Below are positions 36,086-48,966 of a stretch of DNA of 64,000 nt, piece after piece. The notes under the pieces are model-generated. The model worked only from the letters and a program-made list of their open reading frames with translations. It was not told the DNA's origin and did not search any database. A program made the position numbers and the translations under genes. Each line of letters opens with the position of its first letter. Position 1 is the stretch's first letter. Origin of the DNA: Podarcis erhardii. Its lineage: Eukaryota. Location: NCBI GenBank assembly GCA_964252035.1, contig OZ176204.1, one strand, 5' to 3'.

Positions 36086-39000
36086 CACCATCGGTGTAAA
36101 TATTGCTTTCAACATAAGCGAAAGGACAGGTTGCCACCATGTATCCACTGAGACAGGATGTGACTAGTCTACTTCTCTCCACATTCCTGCTACATCCAAA
36201 TACAGCCAACAAAATCTAACAATGACTGTTTTATAGAGGCTCCAGGTTGCTAGACGTTGCTAACCACAGCTATTTTCTGGCAAAGCACTGAAAGGACCTG
36301 CAAAAGGTTTAACAAAGCACCTAGTTTGCATAAAACTGCCATTAGTTTCCTACATTGTATCTTTTGTTAGTAATCAAGAGTCAAATACCAGCCAAAACCA
36401 TTTATTCTCTTTTCCTTTCACACCCTGGATTCTTTCTTTTATGACTATTACATTTTATTTATTTTGGCTGCTACTCTAATGGCAGGAAAGGAACAGTGCA
36501 ATGTAACTAATGCTACACCAACTGGCTAGGATTATAGCAGTCAATGAGAATATTCAGAGCAATCAATTCGTCACTGGTCAGACCACTCCAACCTTCACTT
36601 TTCTAACCCTAAACATCTGTAGCTACAGTTTCAGAAAGACAGAGTGTGGTAACTCATGAACTGCAGATGCTGGTGACTTATTCATCCCTTCTATGCAATC
36701 TTAACAATTATATTATCACAGACAACATATCACTTTTGTGTATTTTCTACTAAATACAAAATGTAGTATTCCAAAAGTCATTATGATAGACGTTGAAAAG
36801 GAACATTGTTTTTCTTAAGATGCATTGCTCAGCATATTCATCAGAGAAAAAGTCCCCACTGAATTTATTATGAATTAGTTCTCAGCAAATATGCTTAGCA
36901 TCACACTCCACATGATTCTCCAAAGAGGTGGTGGGACCAGCAGCTCAGTCCACCTCTTTGCACCCTTTAAATTGCTTACCCCTCACCAATTCCCAACAGA
37001 TGTTAAACTGTGTTCCAAACAAACCATTCTCACCTCAAAAAGCAGGGACATCCATGGGTAACTGAATTACCTATATTCCTTATTTCTAATTAAACCAACT
37101 TTCCCCCCTATACCTAAGCCCACAGTAGCCCCTTGAAGATGTCCAATAGGGGTGAAATGAGCATGTGGGGAGAACACAGGGGTGGAAGTCTGCAACTATT
37201 AACTTTCATGAGGAAATGGGTAAAGAACAGATAACGAAGTTACTGAAATAAATGCTCTAGAGTAAGCCCACTGAAATTAATGGGTCTACCTTGAACAAAC
37301 GTTAGTTGAACACAACACAAAGGCTTGAATTCTGAGAACGGTGAAGATCCTTTCCAAAGTTATTCCTCTACGGAATGCATGGAGGAATAACTTCTGAAAG
37401 TGGCTTGATGGGAAGCAAACTTGCAGAAGACTTTCACATCCTTTACTCCCTTTGCAGGCTCCTGCAGAGCCACTCTGAAAAGCAGGAAAGCCCTCCTAAG
37501 CAGCACAACCTGAGGTACAGAGCCCAGCAGGAGATGGACCATCCTAAATTGGGCAGAATCGCTTTATGTGAGCTGCTTTCTGCTTGCTCAAGGTGCCTAC
37601 CCAGTTTGGGGCAATTCCTTCTTCAGGAGTGTTGACTGACACACCAAATAAACTCTCCAGGGGCTGAAGAGGGGAGCAGATGATGAGAAGAAATCTTGTG
37701 ATTTGTTTCTCAAAATCAAAGTCCACATACATGCTGCAGTTTGTGTACTAGTTTGTTAAGAAGCAAAAACAACAACCCAGCTATGCTTCTCTCTTCTTTG
37801 CACAGTACTCAAAATAGTCAAAACACATGTGAAGTTAAGTTGGCTAGGGGAAGAGAGGGAGAGGGAGAGAGGTGCCTGGAGTCTAGATTTGGATGACAAA
37901 CACTGAAGGAAGAGACAAGATGGGGAAGGACAGCACAGGTACAGTGGGCCACCCGTCTCTGCCATATGGACCACTTGGTAGCTCAGCTAATGGGTCACAC
38001 TTGTTTATTTTAATGACAATTAATCTGAATGATTCTTGTCAAAATAAAGGAACAAAGTGCATTTTGTACTACACTGTGCATGGTTTTCTGTTACTACTTA
38101 ACTTGCTAATTTGCAAATTTCTGTAATCTGCAATGTGTCTCTTAGTTATTATTACAAATTAGTATCTCTCTTCGATAATTACAGTCTGTCTGCCTACATC
38201 CCCCAACAGTTTCAGCTGAGTACATCATCTTTCACTTCCTGTCCTAAATTGTTTGATGCTGTTGCTGACCTTAGATTCAGCTCCTATTATGCCAAAGGTA
38301 ATATTTCTGTTCTATCAGAAGGCATAAGGTGGTAAACTCCCTAGGTGTTGTTCGTTCCTTTTCATGAAGAAAAGTGCCCTTCTGCCAGTTACCAGGCCAT
38401 GTGGGAGTGCTGTGAAACCTGTCAGAAAGGTGCTCCTAAGAGAGGAAAAGAAAATTGGGCAAAGCTACAAGAATTATATTATTCCAACCTAAACCTCTTG
38501 CCAATTGGTACGCAAAATATTATACGGAATGTAAGCGTTCTGCTCCTCTCTAGAAATAATATAAACTACAGTACATGGAAAAGCAAGAGATGGAAGAGAG
38601 GCCAGGCATAGACTCAATAATATTGGGGATCTGGTTGGGAACAATAATGGCAAAGAGAATCAGTAAGAAAATTGACATTATTATTTATATAGCACATGAC
38701 ATTTCACCGAATACAATCCCCAAGGAGCTTACAATCTAAAATTTGACATGAGGCAAACAATGGGGAAAGAAAATATGCAGGTTTTCCCTGCACAGATGCC
38801 TCTAGGTACTAATGTCTGTGGATTTTAGCATCTGCTACTGTCTAGTGGCTACAACCACCAAAACAGAACAGCTCAATATCAGCTACAAAGCTTCTTGGGT
38901 AATTATTTCAAAGCCTAAGCCTACCACACAGAATTGTTGTGATAATAAATGGGGACCATGTAAACCACTAAGAACAACTCTGAATGAAGAGCAAGGTAGT

Positions 39001-39379
39001 AAAATGCAATAAAAAAATACCTTTCTCAAATAGCACCTGAAGCGGAATTTAGTAACAATTCCAGCCATTGCCTTTGGGGACTGAATTAAAGTTATCTGGC
39101 TGGTTCATTGTAGTCCCATACGATATGACTCTTGTCTGATGCATCCTCCTCTTTCCACCCCCCATCTCATTCTACACAAGGGTAAAAACACAGTTTTTGG
39201 AACAGGTCCTCAAATGCAAGAATGTAACCCAAGCCTGACAGTATAGAATTCAGTTGTGGCTGAACATTCTCCCACCATTATGTCAATTAGAAGTTATTTT
39301 GCTGAAGACACCACTCATTCCACTTGTGTCAAAGGGACTTGTGCAGAAGGCCATTCTGAGTGGATTGTGGCCTAAAGTA

Positions 39380-39615
39380 CAGTGGTACCTCGGGTTAAGT
39401 ACTTAATTCGTTCCGGAGGTCCGTTCTTAACCTGAAACTGTTCTTAACCTGAAGCACCACTTTAGCTAATGGGGCCTCCTGCTGCCACCATGCCGCCGGA
39501 GCACGATTTCTGTTCTCAAGCAAAGTTCTTAACCCGAGGTACTATTTCTAGGTTAGCAGAGTCTGTAACCTGAAGCATATGTAACCTGAAGCATATGTAA
39601 CCCGAGGTACTACTG
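39380..39615 (+). mobile_element. Tc1/mariner-type MITE family A, full length
   Basis: TA-cagtggtacctcggg ... cccgaggtactactg-TA; colinear with 8954-9179. Confidence 0.9.
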
Positions 39616-41389
39616 TAGTATTAGAGAGGCACTTACACTCCACTCACAATGCAAGGCTGTTTTGAGCAAAATGCAACCTCATTTCCAGAATTCCAGGAAG
39701 TGTCTTAGGCATTCTGTTTGTGCCATTCCTTCAGACCTGGGAATGTATAAATGGCTTTCTTTATAAGTAGTCTTTCATATAATAATCTCAGAGAAGAGAA
39801 TTATGCAGGAAACACAGCAAAATCATAAACCTGACTAGTGACAAACAGCTCGCTAGAAGAGAGGAAAAGTTCCTACTTCATAGTGAGTTCCAGTTCCTGC
39901 CAACAGGTAGACATAATACATGGATCCTGGCCTTCACTTAGCCCAATCTGTCTCCCCCACACCACCACCTTGTTCACATTCAGTGTCTCTTACAATGTAG
40001 TGGTGACTTTTGAAGTGAAGGAGCTCAATTCATGGCAGCCCCCATATAGCCACAAGACTGTTTCTAACTAGCCCGATGGCCGAACAACACTTTTCCCCAT
40101 TGTTTGTGGCAGTCTTTTGCATCATTCTGCAGGAATAAACATAGCTGAACTCAGTGATGCTTATTTTTGACTGCATGGGTTCAACTTAGAAGACAATAAT
40201 AAGCTTTAACAAAACATCTTCAGCCAACCGAACTGGAACCTTTAGCTTTTAATTGGAATTGTAAACTTTGCAAAGGAATGTCACCAATTAAACTAGTAGC
40301 ATGAAGAAAGAACCTCACCAAAACAAATATTTGTTGTTTGCATCATTTGATTATTTTCACCATTCTCTGACTTCCTCTATGCTGATTTGTCACAAACAAA
40401 CTTGGACGCCATATACAGTGTGTGTGTGTGTGTATAACCTTATTCACATTTTAGAGCAAAGTCTGTCACTTACGCTGGCTGTCCATCAAATGACATCATT
40501 GCTCCTGTCCTGAAAAAAATGTCCCAGAGCTGTGTGTGTCTCTGCCCACATCTTCACCATGTACCTCCTCTGAACACAATAGCTCCTTCCTTAGTCTGCT
40601 CTGGAATCTGATGCTGCAATCCTGTTCTCTTTGGGGAGGCAGTCCCCTCTACTCAAATGACTTCCACACTTGGTGGAACTCAAACTACACATCCAGGGTG
40701 GTTCCCTTTCTACACTTCTGCTGCTTCCATCTTTGCTGATGAACCTATTCCCACAGCTTCCAACCACTCTTTTCCCTCATCCATAGTGTTGGGATCATGA
40801 TAACCTGAAGGGGTGCTGAATGTCAGCCAGACCCCCAAATCTAAGGGCAATTTTCGTCTCTAAGAAAAGTAAGAACCCCAAAGGAATAGGAAATCTCTCC
40901 TTTATTATATGTGAATGGCCAGGTCTTCCAGATAGTACATTTTACTTCTTCCCATGCATGTGTACTTACCATGCCTCTCAGTGCTCTTTTCTGACACTCC
41001 CTATGTCTAGAACAGCCTTCTCATTATCTTATATGCCAATTTATTTCCCTGTCCTTCAAAACTCAATACCTAAGCCTTTCCAGCACCATCATTGGGAGCA
41101 CCTGTTTTATTCTATATCAGGGGGTAGCAAACCTTTTTCAGACAGAGGGCTGCCTTCCAGAGGGCCACATACTAGTGGACCTGAGGCTCTCTACTCCTGT
41201 TCTTTATGCACTCAGCCAAACCCATCACCTTTTCTACTCCATTCTCAAGCTCCGCCCTTCACTTTCCCCCTTTCTTCCCTGTCTTATGAGATACACCATT
41301 TCCCTTCTCTATTCAAGGTGTGCAGTGCAGTGTGTATAATCTAGTTTTATCCTGTATATCTATATATAAAGCTATCTACAAATGGCCTT

Positions 41390-41540
41390 TTGACCTATTG
41401 CATAGGTCACCTCACCTTACGCTGTGAGGTACCAAAACTAGGGCCTTCTCAAGAGTGGCACCTCAGCTGTGAAACTTCTCTCCCTTTAACATGTTTGTTT
41501 GATGCCAAACCAAGGCACCCAAACCATTTTATTTTGCTGA
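41390..41540 (+). mobile_element. L2 3' fragment, old
   Basis: agggccttctcaagagtggcacctcagctgtgaaac resembles the L2 RAFS..AP.LWN region. Confidence 0.5.
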
Positions 41541-42886
41541 ACTACCAATGATTTACAGAGCAATCCTAATTTTACTCTGCATTAGTTTGGGGCGGAAGTG
41601 CCCTTCTGCTGGCAGAGAGGATCACACCTGGTGGGTGGCACCTCTGTCTTGGTGGCCCCTGGTACACCAGCAGAAAGCTCAGTGGGCAGAGGACTACTGG
41701 TAGCAGCATTTCTGCTGTCAGTAGGCTCTGTCCACCCCTCCAAAAGGCCCCATGATCAAGCCCTTCAGTTGTGCCAGCCTGGAGCTTAACTCTTCCCTAT
41801 TGAAAGCAATGAGAGAATTAAACAAAACCCAAAACCTAGTGACAGTCATCAGGGCTTTGGAAATGATAGGCCATCCTTAACCACCACCCACACACTTACA
41901 ATTGTTCTGCCAATGGGTCCTGGGATTTTACTGCTGCTCTTAACTGTTATTATGTTCTGTGGTGTGCTATTTTATCAGTTATATTTTAAAGGGTTGTTGT
42001 AAAGTGCCTTGAGAATCTTGCACTGAAAGTTGGGGTGTAATGGTTTAATAAATGTGTGCATAAATACATCTCTTCCATAGGTAATTATGTATGTATGTAT
42101 TTATATGCATACATAGGCTTGCCAGAGCATGCGTATTGCCTTACTCTTACTTTCCAAGCCCAAAATAAATGTTTACATTACTGTCTTTTACCCAACCTCT
42201 GAAATGTGTCTCTGTGTAGTCTGGAAATGGAATGTGCTAAAACAGCCAAAGAAAGTCCCAATGTCCGAAAAGGTTAAGCAGCCGTCTAAACAGTGTCAAG
42301 CAAAATGGCTTGAGCATGAAGGACAGCTGCGGGCTGACATGGTATGTCACATAATCACTTATGCTATGGAAACTCTGCAGTGTTACCAATAGCACACGCA
42401 CAATGGCCAGAAACATCACACAACTGCTGAGTGAAAACATGAGAAAAGATCTTCCCTGGGTACAATTACCACATATTCTTTGGCAAAGAGAATGCTCCTT
42501 TTGAGAGACAAAACATATAATGCAAATGAACCTCTGATGCTTAACTTGTAGAAAATATTCTCACCACAAACAAAGGGCACAGATTTTCTATTATCACTTG
42601 CGAGGGGCGGGGGATCCTTTAATCCCTAAACAAACTGAGCTGTAACCAGAAAACCAAATCAACCTTGCTCACATCTAACAATCCATTTGCAATTTAAGGG
42701 GAGCATTTTGACAAACCACTTTACCGCAAAGAGACTTTTAGATATGTGCAACTGGTTTCTATAAATAGTGTTTAAGGAGTGGAGGGAGCAGGATGTAAAT
42801 AAATTTGCTTGCTTAAATTAGCAAATTAGTTTCTATAGTGCAAAAGAGCATCTGGGCCAGACTGCGGGCCTGTGGAGATACCATAA

Positions 42887-43235
42887 GGCCTGGCTCAGAC
42901 ATAATGCGAAGCCATGACTAATGCTAAACCACTCCTCCTCCATGCATAAGAAAAGAATGAAAGCACAGGCATTTAGTTTTTAATAAACTGCACTTTCCTG
43001 TCACATCCAAACTCAAGAAGCTATGGTTAGTCCAAACAAACCAGGACACAACAGTGGTTTCATATCTTAGTTTGTTAACTAATCACAATTTCCTAAATTC
43101 AGACCTAGTGGAGATCTTAGTCCCCCTTCCTTTGAGTGTGAAGGAGGGGGGGAGGAGTGTGTCTGAGTCCATGGCTTGTCATGGCTAGTTCTCACAATGT
43201 TAAACCATATTTCAGTGTTGTGTCTGAATGAGGCC
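42887..43235. mobile_element. PIF/Harbinger-type non-autonomous element, 349 bp
   Basis: TAA on both flanks (42884-42886 and 43236-43238); imperfect TIR ggcct..tcagaca / tgtctga..aggcc. Confidence 0.65.
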
Positions 43236-43826
43236 TAAGAGTGACAGCTGTCCCGGTCATTTGCATAACTTCATCTGGATGCCTTTGTCCACTTTTCAGG
43301 ATAATCAGTATACTCAGTAAAGCAAATTATCAATCAATTTCGTGGATTGACATCCATGTCATGAGTTCAGCTTACACCGTCTTAGCCGGCGGCATTTGAA
43401 AGCTTTCATGGAAATGCTATCGTTGAAGACATAAATCTCTGCATTGGTTTGCTGTACTGATGTGCATCCAGCCTATGGCATTTCCAACCCTTGAAAGCTC
43501 TTGCCAGCTGAGGATCAAATGGGACATGATAGCAGCAACTGTATTTGGTTATTTATCTTCTCCATTAAACAGGGGGTTATTGGATTATTATTTTTAACAT
43601 CAAACAGGGCACATGGGTGAGAATAACTGAACCCTACCATGCAGTACCACTTCCTCATTCTCCATTTTTCATTTCTGGTTCTCACAGCTCAACTCACTTG
43701 CGGTATCAAGCTTTGTTGGGGAAAAAGTTCCCAGGGAGTCATGACTGTCAGGAGCCGAGGCAGAGGAGAGTGTGCAGCTGGGGAGATGTGCCTGGAATGT
43801 ATCCCAAAAATCAGACAGATGGACCT

Positions 43827-44370
43827 CAAGGGCGTCATATGGAATTTTGCTCACACCTCACCTCAGGCCTGCCAGCTTGGCCCTGGGACAGTGGGTGCCC
43901 GAGGGTTGTGTTCATGTGCGCATCTGACGTCAGCATGCCCACCACAGCCAAGGTGCATTTTTGAGAGGGGGCACAGCTAGGTGCTCCCACACAGGCTCCA
44001 TCATTGGAGCCTGGCTCCAGCACACAGCCAGAGCTCCGCTCTTGGGTCAAGTCTGACTCGGAGGTGGAGTGGAGGAGAGGCAGTGGCAGCAGTGTTGCCG
44101 CCCCTCTCCTGCACTGGGCTGCTGATGTACACTCAGCCTCAGCTCCACTCCTGGGTCAAGTCTGACCTGGGAGGTAAAGGAAAGTCGTGGCAGCATTGCC
44201 ACTCCTTTCCTCAGCTGGGCAGTGTGTCTGGCCGGGCTGGGCTTGGCAGGCTCCGTTGGGGGTGCGCTTGGCAATAGCATACACTCCACTGCTGTGCGTG
44301 CTGATGTCAGGCGCACACGTCCCCACGGTGTCTATGCGCAAAAAATATATGGGTGTCATGCCCCTTCATG
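43827..44370. mobile_element. GC-rich MITE-like element with internal inverted and tandem repeats; ends uncertain
   Basis: Inverted pair at 43916-43938 and 44296-44316; repeated units with a period of about 109 bp starting at 44034 and 44143. Confidence 0.5.
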
Positions 44371-44435
44371 GGGAATGTTGTGGGGGCTGGAGCAGTGCCT
44401 TTGCCTGACATATCCTTTTATACCAAATTGAGAAT

Positions 44436-44660
44436 AAGAGTTTGGATTTGATATCCTGCTTTATCACTACCCTAAGGAGTCTCAAAGCGGCTCACGATTT
44501 CCTTTCCCTTCCTCCCCCACAACAAACACTCTGTGAGGTGAGTGAGGCTGTTTAATGTATCACAGTATTGTTTAATGTATCACAGTATTTTAATATTCTT
44601 TTGGAAGCCGCCCAGAGTGGCTGGGGAAACCCAGCCAGATGGGTGGGGTATAAATAATAA

Positions 44661-44703
<43 letters not shown>

Positions 44704-44835
44704 GGCTGAGAGACTTCAGAGAAGTGTGACTAGTCCAAGGTCACCCAGCAGCTGCATGTGGAAGAGTGGGGAAGCGAACCCAGTTCACCAGATTACGAGT
44801 CCACTGCTCTTAACCACTACACCACACTGGCTCTC
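44436..44835 (-). mobile_element. tRNA-derived SINE (Squam3-like), interrupted by an L2 tail at 44551-44702
   Basis: Reverse complement of the SINE at 58733-58951; head gagagccagtgtggtgtagtggttaagagc at the 44835 end. Confidence 0.85.
44551..44703 (+). mobile_element. 5'-truncated L2 3' end with a (TTA)n tail, inserted in a SINE
   Basis: gccgcccagagtggctggggaaacccagccagatggg matches 49702-49745; TSD aggctg at 44545-44550 and 44703-44708. Confidence 0.85.
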
Positions 44836-45699
44836 AGAGAGACAGATGACTGTCTGTATACAAAAGCTACTACTATTGCACTAAGAATGCACTATTCCTT
44901 TTGACAGATCTCTTCCCCCAGCTTTGGGTGTTTCCTTCCACTTCTGAAACACAGCCCATGCCTGACTAGAGAGGGTTTATGCAAATTCTCTACTGTGCTG
45001 TGTGCTCTTCCCCCTTCTCTTCCATCAGCCTCAATGATAGAAAATTGTGTCCTGTTTTCAACTAATGGCAATTTCTTAAACATCTTACCATTTCTGCCCT
45101 TGAAAACTACCTCTTGCATGAATTAGTGTCAGAATCTATCTGTGTTTCAAATCCTGTGGAGTAATGTGATTTTGTTTGCAAGTCAGAAGAACACAAAGAT
45201 GCATTAGACACCCTGACAACATTTCAGAAAGGAGTTATCAGGGAGTCTTTTAATTCTCTCAATGTATTCAAAATTTTCCGAATGCATTCCACTTGTCAGT
45301 AAGACTTAACAATAAGCACTGGGAAACAGTGGAATTTCCCCTCCTTGCAGGAACTACTATGGAAATAAATCAGTTTAAATGGAGTGAGCAGCCCTTTGAC
45401 TTGCCATCCTGACTGCTCCCAATCAGTTGCCCCAAGCCACAGAAAGAGGGAAGGGGCTAGAAAGCAACCACCATATGTGTCCTCCTTGCCAAGAGGCTTC
45501 CTGTGAAGAGAAGCTCAGGCAAACCCTTCTGTCTCCCTGGTCTCTCCCACCTTTGAACTTTTTTGGGCAGCTGACTTTGCCTGCCCCATTCTCACTCCAC
45601 CTTAATATTTCCAAGTAAGAACTCACCTGCAAATAGGTCCTTCCTTATGGGTAGACGTTTCCTCATGGAGCAGGCTATAATTTGAGCGTTAATGCTCAA

Positions 45700-46287
45700 A
45701 TCTGCACTGTGCATAAACACAGCAAGGATCCAAGGCACAACAGGTGATATGCATGGCTAAGTGAGCTACGACACTGATCCGTTATAAAAGAATAGAGTGG
45801 GCACAGCTTGAGCACAATAAGAGGGGTGTTCCTTTGGACTGGGCAAGCAGATGGGGCCTTCTTATAGTGGCCTAGACCTGAGCTGTCTGTTTGCACTGAT
45901 GCTGGTGTCTCAATGACTTAGGTGACAGAGAAGAAGTGTGTTGACTCATAATCATACTGGGTGGTGGAAATCTCCTGGAAGGCTGAACTAGGCATGGGCT
46001 CTGGTAGCACTGGAGGGGGAGCTGGGGCTGGAGGTGAGACTGGTAGAGGAGCTGATGGTGAAGTGAGAGGGATATGATATGAGAGGGAACAGCGCAGAGC
46101 GCCAGGGTGACTACTGGGACCCTCTCTGGGATCCACATCCTCATCTGTAACTTCCCCTGGGTGGCTCCTATGTCTCTTGTGGCCCAAGCGTTGCCTGTCC
46201 TAATTCCCAGAGTCATCAATGGGCAACTCTTCCAACTTCTCCCAACAACTTTTGAAAAGCCATTGGTTCCTCACCCTTACCATAAAT
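45700..46287 (-). mobile_element. Candidate degraded LTR; 3' boundary not resolved
   Basis: Minus strand starts atttatgg (possibly a decayed TGTTATGG), runs through an acidic then Pro/Ser-rich frame, and has a TATAAG motif near 45867-45862. No clean TSD or AATAAA was found. Confidence 0.35.
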
Positions 46288-47439
46288 GATTCATTTTGTC
46301 AGGTTTACTGAGGGGAGGAAGTAGTATTAGACCAGAAACAACACTTTCTAGGAGCCCAGTTCTCCCCTGCAAATTTCCACGGAGCCCCATCTTGCAGAGC
46401 CCCCTCATGAGAGCTGCAAAGGGAGAAAGGGGAAGTTGCAAAAATATTTTTTGTTAGGAATGACAAAAGACACAACAGGTGCAAGTCTTCATTTGAATGC
46501 ACTAGGGCAAAGTTTTCAATAACCTGCAAGTGTGTGGGGAGGGGGGGACCAATGAGAAAAGCCATTTCGGTTCTCTATGAACTTCCTTACCAGTGCTAAG
46601 ATTTATAATGGAAGCCAGCTGCAGCTGCAACTAATAAGCAGTGATATGTCCTCTTTAAGTTGCCACCAGCCTTAACTAATCAAGCCCCACTGAAATATTT
46701 GTCAGGGTGATTCAGTGTTGTGAGGCCTATATAAATCCTAAGATACAAGAGGTCGTTAAAATGTGCAAGGAGGTCTTTGCATAGCAATTACTATCCTGCC
46801 ATAGGGGAAATCTTTGCAGGTAAAATGTACTCTTGGGGTAACTCACCTTTTAACAACAATTTCATATACCCAGACATGGAAACAAACGTAAGATAAAGTG
46901 TCTAACCCTGCCTCCTCTCTCTCTTTCTAGTTAGCTTTAAAAGAGCAAAGCCAAATGGAGAATTCCTCTCAGCTACATTAGCACAAGTGACTATCAGTCA
47001 ATAAATCCTGGGTCAACACATTGTTTTAACCATGAATTCATCAGGTGGCCTTAGCCAAGCCATTATCCCACAGCCTCAGCAGTATTGCCGCAATACGGAT
47101 ACAATAATACTGACCTGCCTTACATTATTGTTTTAAGGCTTACTTTTCTAATATATCTGAAGCACTTGAAAGCCTAAGGGTAGCCCCTCCAGATACCGCT
47201 GGACCACAAGTCCCATGAGCCCCAGACACCATGGAATGATGGGATCTGTAATCCAACCTTGTACAGAAAGCACCACGTTGGCTACCAGTATCTCTCAGCA
47301 GTATCTCCTTTGCCTCCTGCCTCAGCAAAATTAAAACATGAACCAAGAAAAGGTTCCAGCTTCTCAACATAGCCTGAGGAAAGATACCATACGTGCATTA
47401 AAACTCTGGAGAGCCGGTCAATGGAGACAATGCTGAGTG

Positions 47440-47530
47440 AAACAATGTGTTGACCAGGGATATATTGACTGAATGCTGAGCTAAACAGACTACTGGTCTG
47501 ACTTTTTCTATGGCAGCTTCCTATGTTCCA
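47440..47530 (+). mobile_element. CR1-type 3' tail fragment
   Basis: gaatgctgagctaaacagactactggtctgact...ggcagcttcctatgttcc. Confidence 0.55.
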
Positions 47531-48966
47531 AGGAGCTCTTATGGATGTCAACCTCTTATGAGGCAGCCCAGTCAAATGGGTGGCATATTATTATTATTAT
47601 TAACCTTGCAAACATGATGAAAATTATTTTATACCTGGGACTCTCAAACAGTGGTGCCCAAGCTTCATTCAGGTGGTATGCGACATGTCCACATTAAATA
47701 TTCATATGGATTTTTAATTTTATTTCTTTTAATGCTCATGCTGTACTTCACTGTATTACAGTTTGAATTCCAAAGAATGAGAACCGTAATACAAGAAAAT
47801 AGAATAAACAATTAAATTGCATCCAGCACAGCACATTACAATTGCTACAGCAGGCAGAAAAATCATTAGGTGGTCTGCCAAAAGCATCAGCAATATTAAA
47901 GTAATCCACGAGGAGGAAAAATGCTTTACACTTTAAAAAGGTGGGTTACATCGTTCAGACTACCCTAGCTTTAATCAGAAGCTGCTCCCTGGGCGGAGGC
48001 AGCCCAGAGTGGTAAGTCTCATACTTTGGACTTGAGGTGAGGCCTGCTTGTGAACAGCTTATATGCACCACTAGAAGCTTCCACAGCTTTTAAGAATGCT
48101 GTATTTTATCTTCTTTGTACACCACCAGAAAAGTCGAGGGGTAAATGACCCATCCGTGCCTAAGATTTAAAGCAGCTTTCCCTTGAACTAGACTATAAGG
48201 AGAATATAAAACCTACACTGACTACGGTGCCCATTGGGTTTTTCTTCCACATGTGGTTACATTTTAACAACTTTCACATGCGGCTAGGAGAAGGCTCAAA
48301 TTTGCTTTGCATGTCACGCACAAGAGTTTAACCATGTTTGGGGGATTTTCTCAGAAACTATGAGCCCTATAAACATTTGTGGGTTACTCCAAACAACTCT
48401 AATAAAATATGAGACCCCCGAGATCTGAAGCAATTCATTTGACCAAGAAAAAACAAGTCCTGGACACCTGAGCAACCAGCTGACTAGGCAGGATTCCAGA
48501 CGGAAAGGTGATACCCAATAACGAAGTGTGATTCCAGGGCAGTTCTCACAGAGCGAGCTGGGTCTGTGATTCCAGGGAAGTAAACAGAGATTAGATCTCT
48601 CCCGACAACATCTGACTTTCATATTTTTCAAAGGATATCTTACTTTGTAGCTTCCATTGTTAGCCTCACAGGGAAGCTTCACAAAGAAGACACTTCTCTT
48701 CTCAATATGACATACACACTCAATATGACACACACACAACATTTTCCAGGGGGAATGCAGTGGCATCTTTTCTTCTCCATTTTTAAAATAGAAATGTATT
48801 TGGGGAGTGGGGGGCACTTCACTTGTTTAAGAAATCCTGTATACTCCATCTCCCAGGCCTCCTCCCCTGGTTCCTTGCTGTGATGGAGCCCTTAAAGCCT
48901 GTCTAGCACTTTTGTAATTTTCACAAGTCTAATATCCCCACAGGGCCCACATTTGCACTGTCTTTC

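Noticed and set aside
8954-39615. CRISPR-like or array interpretation of the repeated taacctgaag motifs
   Set aside because: They are internal subrepeats of dispersed TA-flanked MITEs in a eukaryotic genome, with no repeat-spacer structure.
40820-41344. 174-aa ORF, the longest in the track
   Set aside because: Lies in pyrimidine-rich, decayed LINE-like sequence; low-complexity translation with no recognisable motif.
48701-48737. Short tandem duplications here (ctcaatatgaca) and at about 28549-28578 (gggaataagccaca)
   Set aside because: Ordinary slippage duplications with no further structure.
48314-48817. 167-aa ORF
   Set aside because: No domain-like composition, no splice context and no evidence of coding.
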